Assembly (NCBI RefSeq): GCF_001194135.2
Contig: NC_068981.1
Location: forward strand, 179,951,946 to 179,990,954
Length of the DNA stretch: 39,009 nucleotides
DNA from: Octopus bimaculoides
Taxonomy: Eukaryota
Direction: 5' to 3'
A program made the translations under genes and the position numbers. Positions 24,728 through 36,468 of this stretch are shown here, one piece after another. The notes under the pieces were generated by a model that ran no database searches, was not told the DNA's origin, and worked only from the letters and a program-made list of their open reading frames with translations. The stretch's first letter is position 1. Every line of letters starts with the position of its first letter.

Positions 24728-24973
24728 TACGGAGAGATAAAGAGAGGGACAGACAGACAGAATGATAAAAAGAGAGAGAGAAGGCAGACACGGAGGGATA
24801 AAGAGAGAGAGAGAGACGGAGATAAAAGAGAGAGCATTAGAGAGATAATAAGAAACAGACAGAGAAATAAAGGCCGAGAGGCAGAAGGATAATGAGAGAG
24901 AGAGAGAGAGAGAGAGTGAACCTAAGAGATAAGGAGAGTGAGGGACAGGAAAAGACAGTAGAAACGTTATATA

Positions 24974-25021
<48 letters not shown>

Positions 25022-25636
25022 CATACAGAAAGGGATGTATGCAAACACAGATACAGACAAAACAAGAGAGAAGCATGAGAGAAAGAGACTAAGAGGAAAC
25101 ATAGAGGGGAGTATAAGGGAGAGAGAGAGAGAGAGAGAGGGGGGGGGAGAAGAAGAAGAGAGACGCTTTGGGACTAGCAAAAAAAAAAAGAAAAGAATGA
25201 AATAAAAATAGAAAGCGAAAAAGAAAAGTAGAAACTGAGAAAAAGAATGAAACGAATTGAAAGTGAGCATTAATTTGTATCGATTTCTTCAAAACTAATC
25301 GATCTGGCGAAGCGAAGGATATCAAGTACCCACAGCTGTAGTTGGTAAATATTTAAATATTTATTGTGGATTTGTAGTGGAGTGCGAAAAGATAGGGAAG
25401 GGGGGGGAGTATTGAGTGGTTGAGTATGCTAGTAATCACCCAGACCGAGAGCAGACGCGCATGCGTACACACACACAAATATACAGACACATACGCACGT
25501 GTACACACACGCACACGCACACATACACAGCTAGACACAAACATATATTAACCCTGACGAACTTAGGTTCGTTTCACGAGTCCACGATACGTTGAGCTGT
25601 AGAGAGCAGATCAAATTGTTATTAAATAACGTTCTA

Positions 25637-25679
<43 letters not shown>

Positions 25680-26391
25680 TGTGTGTGTGTGTGTGTGTGT
25701 GTTCGTGTGTGTGCGTATGTGTGTATACATGTGTGCATGTACATACATGCACACATTCATATACTTTCATATGCCTATATATATACAGGCAAATGCATAT
25801 ACAAATAGACAGATAGAGAGAGAGATATTTCTAGCTATATATATATAGTGTGTGTGCGTGGGTGCATGCGTGCGTGTGGTGTATGTGTGTTAATGTATAA
25901 TCAATGTGCGCGCGTGTGTTTGTGCTTTCCGATCGTAAATATTAAAAAGTTCCATACGGGCTTGTTGATAAAACTCTGTATACCATGCGACACACACACA
26001 CACACACACACACACGAGTTTATTGATAACTTAATAATTAAATGCAATGCCCTTTTTTTTCTTCTTATTTTTGCTTTTATTTATCTATACATTTATTTAT
26101 TTATTCATTTATTTGACGCAAGTCGAAAACAATCAATGTACAGATTAAAATAAATCATTACTCTTAACTCGGCAGTGACGTACATGGATACAATGCACGC
26201 ATACACATAACCGTGCGCGCGCGCCCACACACACAAATACACACAGACACACACAAACACGCTCACACACATACACACATTTTCTTTGTTTGTTTTACTT
26301 CATATGTGTGTATGTGTGTGTATGCGTATAGAGCGAGAGAGAGAGAGAGTGAAAGAGAGACAGACAGAGAGACCGATGTATGCATACATAC

Positions 26392-26422
<31 letters not shown>
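23015..26422. repeat. ~3.4 kb low-complexity domain: (GT)n, (GACA/GA)n, (TA)n, long GA-rich tract, (CA)n
   Basis: Direct reading; GACA/GA at 23070-23272 and GA-rich at ~23925-25140. Confidence 0.9.
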
Positions 26423-26975
26423 NNNNNNNNNNNNNNNNNNNNNNNNNNNNNNNNNNNNNNNNNNNNNNNNNNNNNNNNNNNNNNNNNNNNNNNNNNNNNN
26501 NNNNNNNNNNNNNNNNNNNNNNNNNNNNNNNNNNNNNNNNNNNNNNNNNNNNNNNNNNNNNNNNNNNNNNNNNNNNNNNNNNNNNNNNNNNNNNNNNNNN
26601 NNNNNNNNNNNNNNNNNNNNNNNNNNNNNNNNNNNNNNNNNNNNNNNNNNNNNNNNNNNNNNNNNNNNNNNNNNNNNNNNNNNNNNNNNNNNNNNNNNNN
26701 NNNNNNNNNNNNNNNNNNNNNNNNNNNNNNNNNNNNNNNNNNNNNNNNNNNNNNNNNNNNNNNNNNNNNNNNNNNNNNNNNNNNNNNNNNNNNNNNNNNN
26801 NNNNNNNNNNNNNNNNNNNNNNNNNNNNNNNNNNNNNNNNNNNNNNNNNNNNNNNNNNNNNNNNNNNNNNNNNNNNNNNNNNNNNNNNNNNNNNNNNNNN
26901 NNNNNNNNNNNNNNNNNNNNNNNNNNNNNNNNNNNNNNNNNNNNNNNNNNNNNNNNNNNNNNNNNNNNNNNNNNN

Positions 26976-27020
<45 letters not shown>

Positions 27021-27024
27021 ATAT

Positions 27025-27222
27025 GTTTGTGTGTCTGTGTTTGTCGCTTGATAACCGATGCTGGTGTGTTTACGTTCCCGTAACGGTTCGGCAAAAGAGA
27101 CCGATAGAATAAGTACTAGGCTTACAAAGAATAAGTCCTGGGGTCGATTTGCTCGACTAAATGCGGTGCTCCAGCATGGCCACAGTCAAATAACTAAAAC
27201 AAGTAAAAGAGTAAAAAGAGTA
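27025..27222 (+). mobile_element. SINE family A, 3' half (5' half probably in the gap)
   Basis: CGATGCTGGTGTGTTTACG..GAGACCGATAGAATAAGTAC..AAGTAAAAGAGT, following (TA)n and the N-gap at 26423-26976. Confidence 0.9.
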
Positions 27223-27647
27223 TTATAGAGTATAGGTAAAATATATATATATATAAGAATAATGAAATATAGAAAGACATTTCGTTTAAAAATTCAAAAT
27301 AAATTAAGAGGAATCTCTTCATAATGATCTGGGACTCTTAATAATTTCCATAATTCATATGATTCTTATATAAAACATAAATTAATTAATACTTGCAAAA
27401 CCATTTAATACATTTCTAGCGCAAACACTATTCTTTTCTTTTTCCCTGATGATGCGGGTATTCCTTTGAAGTGAATAATAAGATTCACGGGTACTCTTTG
27501 AATGAAATCTAGAAACGATCGTCGGAATACTTCATTTCCCTTAAATATGGTACCAAAAACTCTTTTTCAACATCTATTACTCCCTCCATTCCATAATTCA
27601 TTTTGAAATTTTAAAAGAAATGTCTGTCTATATTTCATTATTCTTAG

Positions 27648-28033
27648 TACTCTCTTTTACTCTTTTACTTGTTTCAGTCATTTGACTGTGCCCATGCTGG
27701 AGCACCACCTTTAGTCTAGCAAATCGACCCCAGGACCTATTCTTTGGATACCTAGTACTTATTCTATCGGTCTCTTTTTGCCGAACTGCTAAGTTACGGG
27801 GACGTAAACACACCAGCATCGGTTGTCAAGTGATGTTGGGGTGGACAAACACAGACACACACACATATATATATATATATATACATATATACGACGAGCT
27901 TCTTTCAGTTTCCGTGTACCAAATCCACTCAGAAGGCTTTGGTCGGCCCGAGGTTATAGTAGAAGACACTTGCCCAAGGTGCCACGCAGTGGTTGGTGAG
28001 CAAGCTACTTACTCCACAGCCACTCCTGCGCCT
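27648..28033 (-). mobile_element. SINE family A with 22-nt deletion in the head
   Basis: Matches A, but GTGG-GACTGAACCCGGAACCAT-GTGG has collapsed to a single GTGG at 27989-27992. Confidence 0.9.
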
Positions 28034-28789
28034 ATCTACATTTTTATCTATATTTTATCTATACTATGTTTGTATATCTATATATTTGTCCTTGCATATT
28101 TTTAGCATTCATATATTTTTATGTATTTGAAACAAAAGTATTACTTTACAATGGAGATGAATAGGTGATATGGAACTTCTCTGTGAAACCTATGTGATAC
28201 GATTTGTGATCCATTATAAAATTCCTGTATCTTATAAAATACTGTTCTACATATGGGTGCAGGTTCTTCTCTGTCTCGGGATTTGCAATGTACTTTAAAA
28301 GTGGTGCGGTGTTTTTCTGTTGTCAATAATGGAAGATTTTATGTTGTTGCATGCTAGTTTTAAAAGAACCTTCTGTAATGCCTATTTCTCATGTTAGTGT
28401 GGTGTTAAAAAGGCCCACATCACTCACCAGCGTAATGAAATATGCCCAAATACTACCTCAAGAACTTCAACATACACGTTTACACCTCCATCTAGTGACG
28501 GATCGTAAACAATTGATTATCTACATTGCTTAGATCGTCTACTATTAGCATATTACTTTCGAACTTGTCGGCCTGTTTGGTTACCCAACTAAATAAAGTC
28601 GTAGTTAGGTTATCAGCTTTCTTAATGTCACATAGATTAATCGCTCCATTCCCACACACAGAGACGAAAATACGCATTCATGCATACATCATACATAAAC
28701 ATATACGCTTACGCGCGCGAATATGTGTGGATATAATCGCAGATGAAAGAAAAACAGAGAGGGGTGAGGAGGGAGGGAGAGAGAGAGAG

Positions 28790-28941
28790 AGGCATGGCTG
28801 TGTGGTTAAGAAGTTCTCTGCCCAACTACTTAGATTCGGGTTCATTTCCACTGGGCGCTACCTTCCATTGTAGCCCTGGGCTCGGGACGGCCAGTGCCTC
28901 GAGAGTAAATTTGGTGACCGGGAAATGTGTTGAAATTCCTT

Positions 28942-28976
<35 letters not shown>

Positions 28977-29133
28977 AAAAAAAACATATTTGTATGTATA
29001 CATATATACGTATGTGCGTGTCTTAGTTTTTGTGCCCCCACCGCGCATTCATAACCGGTGCTGGTTTGTTTACATCCCCGTAACAAAGCGGTTCGCTGAA
29101 ATAACGCGATGGAATAAGCACTAGACTTCAAAA
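28790..29133 (+). mobile_element. Old, diverged SINE family A copy
   Basis: TGGCTGTGTGGTTAAGAAG head, internal (CA)n, and ACCGGTGCTGGTTTGTTTACATCCCCGTAAC in the 3' half. Confidence 0.75.
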
Positions 29134-29612
29134 TATAATTACAGCGTTTTATGGACGTAGTCCAATATCTCAAACAAGTAAAACAGTAACAATATTATAG
29201 TATGATATCCTCATATACAGGTGCGTGCGTGTGTGTGTGTGTGTGTATGTGTGTTTATGTGTGTGTGTGTTTATGTGTGCGTGTGAGTGACAGAGAGGGT
29301 GGGAAGAGATTTTCACGGAAGGGATACTGTTTTAACTCATATTACCAAAACATTGTCAGATTTGTTACAAGATATTTCGTGCACATAGCATAAAGTTGTC
29401 TTATGAATGCGTTTTATCGCTCGTATATCATTGTATCAGTGAAAATGTTGCAATTTCCCCGAAATGTAGTTTTCCTTCAAACAAAATTACCATTACCATT
29501 TCATTTTATAGATCTAATTTATATTTTTCGATGCTATCATTTCCACTGCTGTCACTGAAAAGAAAATTGACTGTCTATGAATAAATTACTTTCAATATTT
29601 CAATATTAAGGT

Positions 29613-29804
29613 AAAGCGGCGAGCTGGCAGAATCGTTAGCACGCTGACCTAAATGCTTAGCAGCATCTCACCCGTCTTTACGTTCTGAGTTCAAATTCCG
29701 CCGAGGTCGACTTTGCCTTTCATCCTTTCGGGTGTCTATAAATTAAGTACCAGTTGCGTATTGAGGTCGATCTAACAGACTGGCCCCCTCCCCCTAGAGT
29801 AGAA
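29613..29804 (+). mobile_element. SINE family B
   Basis: GCGGCGAGCTGGCAGAATCG head, GAGTTCAAATTCC, and GCCTTTCATCCTTTCGGG..AAGTACCAG domain. Confidence 0.9.
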
Positions 29805-30362
29805 GGCTCTCTCTCTCTTTTTCTTCTTCTTCTTCTTCTCCTTCCCCTCTTCGTGGAAGAAATCGATTGCGTTCAAACCTAAAGAAAGTTAGTTTAAATC
29901 GACCAAGACACTCCGAATACACGACGGTGCCCCAAACATCTACGCCCCTACGCCTCTACGCTTCTACGTCCCTACTTCTTGTTGACGCCCCAAAAATACA
30001 AACGTGTGTATGTTACATTGGCCTGGCCTCTCAACTCCTTCGCAGAATCATAGAAGCATTGTCGGTAAATGCCATGAGCCACTTTCTAGAACTGGTGGAG
30101 TCAAAATACTCGCCATGTTTAAGGACAGCCTATTTATTCCAGAAGGGAGAAAGTTTAAAAGACAAACGGGGAAAAAGAGGGGGAGTGAATAAGAAGAACC
30201 AACCCATGTATAGGACTGATACTTGGTTTATCAACCAAGAAAGGATGCAAAGTAAGTTGAGCTAAGCGGATTTTTGACTCAGGTCGGAAATAGCTCGAAC
30301 GATGATCGCGAAACCAGATATTCGACATGCTTGATGTGTGTGTTTTTGTGTGTGTGTGTGTA

Positions 30363-30402
<40 letters not shown>

Positions 30403-30424
30403 ATTGTTATAGTAAATATATATA

Positions 30425-31125
30425 GTCGCTGGCACTTCTATCTGTCTATGCCGAACCGCTGATTTGCAGTGATGTAAACAAAGCAGCATAGGCTGTCAAA
30501 CGGGCAGGTCGGTGACAGAGGACGAANNNNNNNNNNNNNNNNNNNNNNNNNNNNNNNNNNNNNNNNNNNNNNNNNNNNNNNNNNNNNNNNNNNNNNNNNN
30601 NNNNNNNNNNNNNNNNNNNNNNNNNNNNNNNNNNNNNNNNNNNNNNNNNNNNNNNNNNNNNNNNNNNNNNNNNNNNNNNNNNNNNNNNNNNNNNNNNNNN
30701 NNNNNNNNNNNNNNNNNNNNNNNNNNNNNNNNNNNNNNNNNNNNNNNNNNNNNNNNNNNNNNNNNNNNNNNNNNNNNNNNNNNNNNNNNNNNNNAAAAAA
30801 AAAAAGACATAGATAGATAGATAGATAGATAGATAGATGACGGGGTTCCACGCAATTTCTCGGCGAGCTGGTAGAAACGTTAGCACGCCGGGCGAAATGC
30901 TCAGCGGTATTTCGTCTGTCTTTACGTTCTGAGTTCAAATTCCGCCAAGGTCGACTTTGCCTTTCATCCTTTCGCGGTCGATAAATTAAGTACCAGTTGC
31001 GTACTGGGTCGATCTAATCGACTGCCCCACCTCCCTCCTAAAATATTCGAGCCGTGTGCCTAAAGTAGAAAAGAATTTCTGTCTACCAGATTTACTCACA
31101 AACTACTGATCGGCCCAAGATCCTG
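30425..31125 (-). mobile_element. Old A-like SINE interrupted by a gap and by a younger B copy
   Basis: GCCGAACCGCTG..GATGTAAACA at ~30450. GACGGGG..AATTTCT|GTCTACCAGATTT..GATCGGCCC rejoin across the B insert. Confidence 0.6.
30861..31073 (+). mobile_element. SINE family B nested in an A-like element, 7-bp TSD AATTTCT
   Basis: TSD at 30854-30860 and 31074-31080; near-consensus B sequence. Confidence 0.9.
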
Positions 31126-32280
31126 AAACCACGTCGTTACAAATCGAGTTTAACAACACAGCTATGCATCTTTCTTAACAATTCAAATGATCTGAAAGTG
31201 AAAGTTAGTCTATAACACATCGTTAATGTATGAATATTGTAAATAATTTATATGTTTACGTTTACTGAATATCCATTTAGCTTCGCAGTGCAAATAATAC
31301 ATCGTTTACTTTGTATTATTCAGCTACCCTCCGCAAATAGAACCCAGTGATTTAACCTCACTGTTTATATACTCAGAGAGATCAACTGTTTGTTCATTAA
31401 ACGTTAACATGTAGATTTAGTTGCAATTTATCCTCTCGCAAACACACGCACACACGTCGTCTCAGTGTTAATATTATTAATTAACTTGAGCCGCCAATGT
31501 CTGTACGGAGATGCAATTGAGCGCAATCAATGACTGTTACCCATAGCATTTGCTGTGGATAAGCAGCTATCTATATCAATAGATCGAACGAGAGCGAAGA
31601 CACGATGAGCAGGCAACAACCAGACGAAAGTAGTTTAATTATTTATTTTTCTAAACATGTGAACTAGTTGACTTCTAGTGAACTTCTTTAGAAACGCAGT
31701 ACACGAAATAAAAATTTGAATTAGTATTCGGAAAACTAGGTGAACCATCGAATTTTTACATAGTAAGTCATATCTATTTAAGAAAATAACCTGAACCGAT
31801 TGCAATGACAGACTCTTGAAATACAACGCACAAGTTTACTGTAAAACTAAGGCAGTGTTATAACCGCATGAAGGGTGATGTAGGGAGGACACTAAGACCT
31901 GCATAAACAAAATATACAAGCCATTTCGTGGGGCCACAATGAAAAGAGAAACTATTTATGATCTTTCAAAGATTGTAAATAAACTTGAGGGATAAAAATA
32001 AACAATGCTGAAATGAATATTTTGTTTATATACCCACGCGATCCGAAATCCAAGCAAGTCGATCACCAATGAGCTGTCCATAAAGAAAACCGAATACCCC
32101 TAAAACATGAAGAACCAATTAGAATCGTTTCTAAATTCTATCAGCTACACAGTAAAGTAAAAAGTAGATGTCAACAAAAGTATGTGCGAGTTTATGTGTG
32201 CATGTGTATGTGTTTCTGTGTCTTTACGTGTATGTGTGTGTGTGTGTGTGTCTCTGTGTGTGTATGTATGCGTGCGTGCA

Positions 32281-32320
<40 letters not shown>

Positions 32321-32473
32321 TGTACGTAAGCAAGTAAGCAATCGTGGATTTAATTCCAGAATTAGGCGATGTATTGAGCTCCAGAGTAATTCGCTTCGCA
32401 TCGCTCCCATCTACCAAGTTGAATTGAGTGCCAGCGGAATCCTGGAACAGCTCTCTCTCTCTCACCCCTCTCA

Positions 32474-32541
<68 letters not shown>

Positions 32542-32774
32542 GGTTGTTTTGCTACACCAAGATGGGAAGTTCGACACGGTGTTTATGTCTGAGCTAATCC
32601 ACCCTTCAACGAATCTTGTTTTTCCATCCCACAAAACTACCCTACTCACCAAACATGTTTAGCATGTTACCCGTTTGTCACTGACGGCCCGACAACGCAA
32701 CATGTTGTACTTGGTAACACGTTACCAGTAGCACTCAAGAGCAACCTCACACACACATGTACGCACGCACACAC

Positions 32775-33050
32775 ATATATTATATTATATTATATTATAT
32801 TATATTATATTATATTATATCATATCATATCATATCATATCATATCATATCATATCATATCATATCATATCATATCATATCATATCATATCATATCATAT
32901 CATATCATATCATATCATATCATATCATATCATATCATATCATATCATATCATATCATATCATATCATATCATATCATATCATATCATATCATATCATAT
33001 CATATCATATCATATCATATCATATCATATCATATCATATCATATCATAT
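32775..33050. repeat. (TATAT)n followed by (CATAT)46 pentanucleotide array
   Basis: CATAT is perfect over 32821-33050 (230 bp). Confidence 0.95.
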
Positions 33051-33421
33051 CGTGGAGGCGCAATGGCCCAGTAGTTAAGGCAGCGGACTCGTGGTTATAG
33101 GATCGCGGTTTCGATTCCCAGACTGGGCGTTGTGAGTCTTTGTTGAGTGAAAGCGCCTAAAGCTCCACAACGCTCCGGCAGGGGATGGTGGCGAACACTG
33201 TTGTACTCTTTCTCTTACTTCCTGTTTCTGTTGTGCCTGTAATTCAAAGGGCCAGCCTTGTCACACTGTGTCACGCTGAATATCCCCGAGAACTACGTTA
33301 AGGGTACACGTGTCTGTGGAGTGCTCAGCCACTTGCACGTTAATTTCACGAGCAGGCTGTTCCGCTGATCGGATCAACTGGAGCCCTCGACGTCGAAAGC
33401 GACGGAGTGCCAACAACAACA
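33051..33421 (+). mobile_element. tRNA-derived SINE family C, near full length, (CAA)n tail
   Basis: TGGCCCAGTAGTTAAGG (A-box-like), GGTTTCGATTCCC (B-box-like), body shared with 35683-36071. Confidence 0.92.
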
Positions 33422-33569
33422 ATATATTATATCATTATGAAGTCTCCCGTCGAATTGACGTATAAGCGTTCAGCTTTTGCCGAATTATTTGTTTTTAACG
33501 ATCAAATGTTCGTGCTGCACATTAGCTCACTGTCTCCATCAAATACACGTTACCTGAACAGGTGTCAAA

Positions 33570-33695
33570 GTGATTGCAGATCAATGTGAGATGAGGTGGT
33601 TTGCTCAAGAACACAATGCAGCACCCGATCTGGGAATTGAAACCACGATGTTGGGATCGTGAATGCAACACCCTAACCACTAGGTCATGCACGCA
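33570..33695 (-). mobile_element. SINE family D fragment
   Basis: TTGCTCAAGAACACAATGC..GGAATTGAAACCACG..CCCTAACCACTAGG; a related copy lies at 36661-36790. Confidence 0.65.
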
Positions 33696-33729
33696 CAAAA
33701 GGTTGCCAGGCATATGTATGGAAATCCTC

Positions 33730-34026
33730 TTAGCTCCTCGTAGAGCATAGGCCCGGTTTCCCGGTTTCCATGGTGTATGTGTACCCCCACCAGGTGGACG
33801 GGACGCCAGTCCATCGCAGTTTTTTACTCAAGAAACAGGAAGAAAGAGTGAGAGAAAGTTGAGGCGAAAGAGTACAACAGGGGTCGCTACCACCCCCTGC
33901 CGGAGCCTCGTGGAGCTTTAGATGTTTTCGCCCAATAAACACACACAACGCCCGGTCTGGGAAACAAAACCGCGATCCTCCGACCGCGAGTCCGCTGCCC
34001 TAAGCACTGGGCCATTGCACCTCCAC
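33730..34026 (-). mobile_element. SINE with family C head but a different 3' body (C')
   Basis: The head matches C over ~33860-34026. The 3' part (GGACGGGACGCCAGTCCATCGCAG, GAGCATAGGCCCGGTTTCCCGG) is absent from the C copies. Confidence 0.85.
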
Positions 34027-34044
34027 AGGCATATATATATTGAT

Positions 34045-34247
34045 TCCAAATTTTGGCACAAGGACAGCAATTTCGGGGGAGGGGTAAAATCGATTACAAC
34101 GATCCCAGTGAACATCTAGTACTTATTTTATCCCTAAAGGATGGAAGGCGAAGTCGACCTCAGAATTTAAACTCAGAATGTAAACACGGACGATATGCCG
34201 CTAAGAATTTTGATCGGCATAGTAACACTTCTGCCAGCTTACCCCTT
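34045..34247 (-). mobile_element. SINE family B, diverged
   Basis: GGCACAAGG..GGATGGAAGGCGAAGTCGACCTC..TTCTGCCAGCT. Confidence 0.8.
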
Positions 34248-34640
34248 CTATGCATATGTTCATTGAAAAGCATTTATTTAAATTACTATGGTGCTCATGT
34301 TTCAATAAAGAGCTTGTTTATAAGTTCGTTCAATAAATAGCCATTATTTCCTCAACAATTTTAGTTTATACTCTCTCTATATGTATAATTATGTATATCA
34401 AAAGGTCGTTAAAAAAATGCAGGCGTATTAAAAGGGCCGCAGTTGTATGTTGAAAGACTAACTAGTTAATTAAGTTGATGAATTAAGTGAATGAAAATCA
34501 ATAGGAAACGAATATACAATTGATGTGTATGTATGTAAGTATGCCGTGTGAATTTATTCACATTATGACCCTCCCAAAATTCAACAATATCTGTTTCAAC
34601 TCACAGTTCCCACAAAGAAACTCCGGAACAAATGCAATAT

Positions 34641-34643
<3 letters not shown>

Positions 34644-34695
<52 letters not shown>

Positions 34696-34830
34696 TACAT
34701 GAAAGTGCATATACATACACACACATATACTCATAAGTATGCATACATCCACACATACACAAATACACACACACACACACACCACACACTCATACACACA
34801 CACTCACTCACTTATATACACACGCATATA
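34644..34830. repeat. (GATA)n followed by a CA-rich tract
   Basis: Direct reading. Confidence 0.9.
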
Positions 34831-35376
34831 TGAATAATTCTTCGATGAGAAAGAAGACAAGTAAATTGAATTGAGTGAATGAGTAAACAAAGTTTCGGTA
34901 ACCGCAATATTGTTGGTGATTCGCAAAGGTGATTGGTTAGCAAATAGGTAAATAGGTGGTTAAATTTGAAATTAGGTGGGTTCGTATGTACGCAATCACT
35001 TAATAAAGTAGGTAATTCATTATCAATGTAACAAAGTATATAGGTAAGTAGGTAATTAAAAAGAAAATTGTATACAGATTTTTAAGGTTAAGTATTACAT
35101 AAAATTGATTTACTCATACGAAACGAATAGATGTTGTAAAGGCTTTATGTTATTTTATACTTTCTTATCCTTTTTGATCTAGCTGTAAAAATATTTCACG
35201 GTAAAGAGAATTTCTAAGTAATCACTGGTCCTGCAGGAAAAGCAATAGAAGAAATAAAAAAGAAAAACACCTGCCAGTTTTTCTCAAAACGACACCTTGC
35301 CGTTTTGTTTTTCTTTTTCTGTTGTTTTGTTTTTCTTTTTCTGTTGTTTTGTTTTAGGCGAAGGTTGGAAAACTAT

Positions 35377-36375
35377 TACCCGCGTCAAATATCCTTCAAA
35401 TTACACCCTACGATTACAAAAAAATGAAAAAATCAAGAACACTTATGATAATGTAGTCCTAGGTGCTTCTAATAGTAGGATCAGTAACTTTGGAATGCTT
35501 TTTATCATAAGTAAGCTGGGATAAGGATTAAGAACATTAGTCTGCCCGAATCAATGGGGAGACGTTTATGTAATTGCATGAGTGTAACCTACGAGAAATA
35601 GCCGTCAAAGTATTCTTCAAATAACGTCCTATATTGATATAAAAGTGAGAGAACACTAGGGATAATGTAGTTCTTTGAATATCGTGTGTGTTGGCACTGC
35701 ATCGCTTACGACGTCGAGGGTTCCAATTGATCCGATCAACGGAACAGCCTGCTCGTGAAATTAACGTGCAAGTGGCTAAGAACTCTACAGACACGTGTAC
35801 CCTTAACGTAGTTCTCGGGGATATTCAGCGTGACACGGTGTGACAAGGCTGACCCTTTGAATTACAGGCACAACAGAAACAGGAAATAAGAGTGAGATAA
35901 AGTTGTGATAAAAGAGTACAGCAGAGTTCGCCACCATCCCCTGCCGGAGCCTCGTGGATCTTTAGGTGTTTTCGCTCAATAAATACTCACCACGCCCAGT
36001 CTGGGAATCGAAACCGCGACCCTATGATTGTGAGTCCGCTGCCCTAACCACTGGGCCATTGCGCCTCCACACTTTGAATATTACCTACCAAGTATTCTTG
36101 AAATTAGACTCTACGGTTAACAAAAAAATTGGAAAATCAAGAGCACTTTTGATAATATAGTCCTAAAGACTCCTAAGTACTTGGAGAAGTAACTTTGGAA
36201 TGCTTTTAATTATAGGTGAGGCAGCATGAGTATTATCAACTGTAGTCTGAGCGAATCAACGATGTGACGTTTAGCATGGCCTACTAGACATAGCAGTTAA
36301 AGTTTTTCAAACAACACCTTATATTGTTATAAAAGTGGATGAACACGACGGATAATGTTGTTATTGATGGACTAT
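35377..36375. repeat. Diverged ~300-bp tandem dimer (35377-35682 and 36080-36375) split by a SINE
   Basis: Colinear shared blocks: AAAATCAAGA-CACTT-TGATAAT-TAGTCCTA, AGTAACTTTGGAATGCTTTT, CGAATCAA and TATATTG-TATAAAAGTG. Confidence 0.8.
35683..36071 (-). mobile_element. SINE family C, full length, 10-bp TSD CTTTGAATAT
   Basis: TSD at 35673-35682 and 36072-36081; full head-to-tail match to 33051-33421. Confidence 0.93.
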
Positions 36376-36468
36376 CTCTGAAACTCAGAGAAAGGGCGGG
36401 GTGGTCATGGTTAATATACATTGATCAAGGGTGTAGTGGATAAAGTTTAGTTCTGAGAGATAACTAAC

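Larger units (their letters stand above)
943..30794. other. Assembly gaps: 943-952, 3474-3543, 5602-6002, 6610-6663, 9668-10260, 20394-20403, 26423-26976, 30527-30794
   Basis: Runs of N, nearly all next to microsatellites or SINEs. Confidence 0.98.

Noticed and set aside
29867-30265. 132-aa ORF in non-repetitive DNA
   Set aside because: TTG start, no recognisable domain, no clear splice context; includes a short CTACG repeat.
5584-30938. Long ORFs dominated by X residues
   Set aside because: Open only because N-gaps contain no stop codons.
32757-33074. ISYH-repeat ORF or CRISPR-like array
   Set aside because: A pure (CATAT)n microsatellite with no spacers, in a eukaryotic context.
33051-33125. 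tRNA gene calls for SINE heads (also 6335, 29613, 36000-36070)
   Set aside because: A/B-box-like motifs run straight into multi-copy SINE bodies, and no complete cloverleaf is evident.
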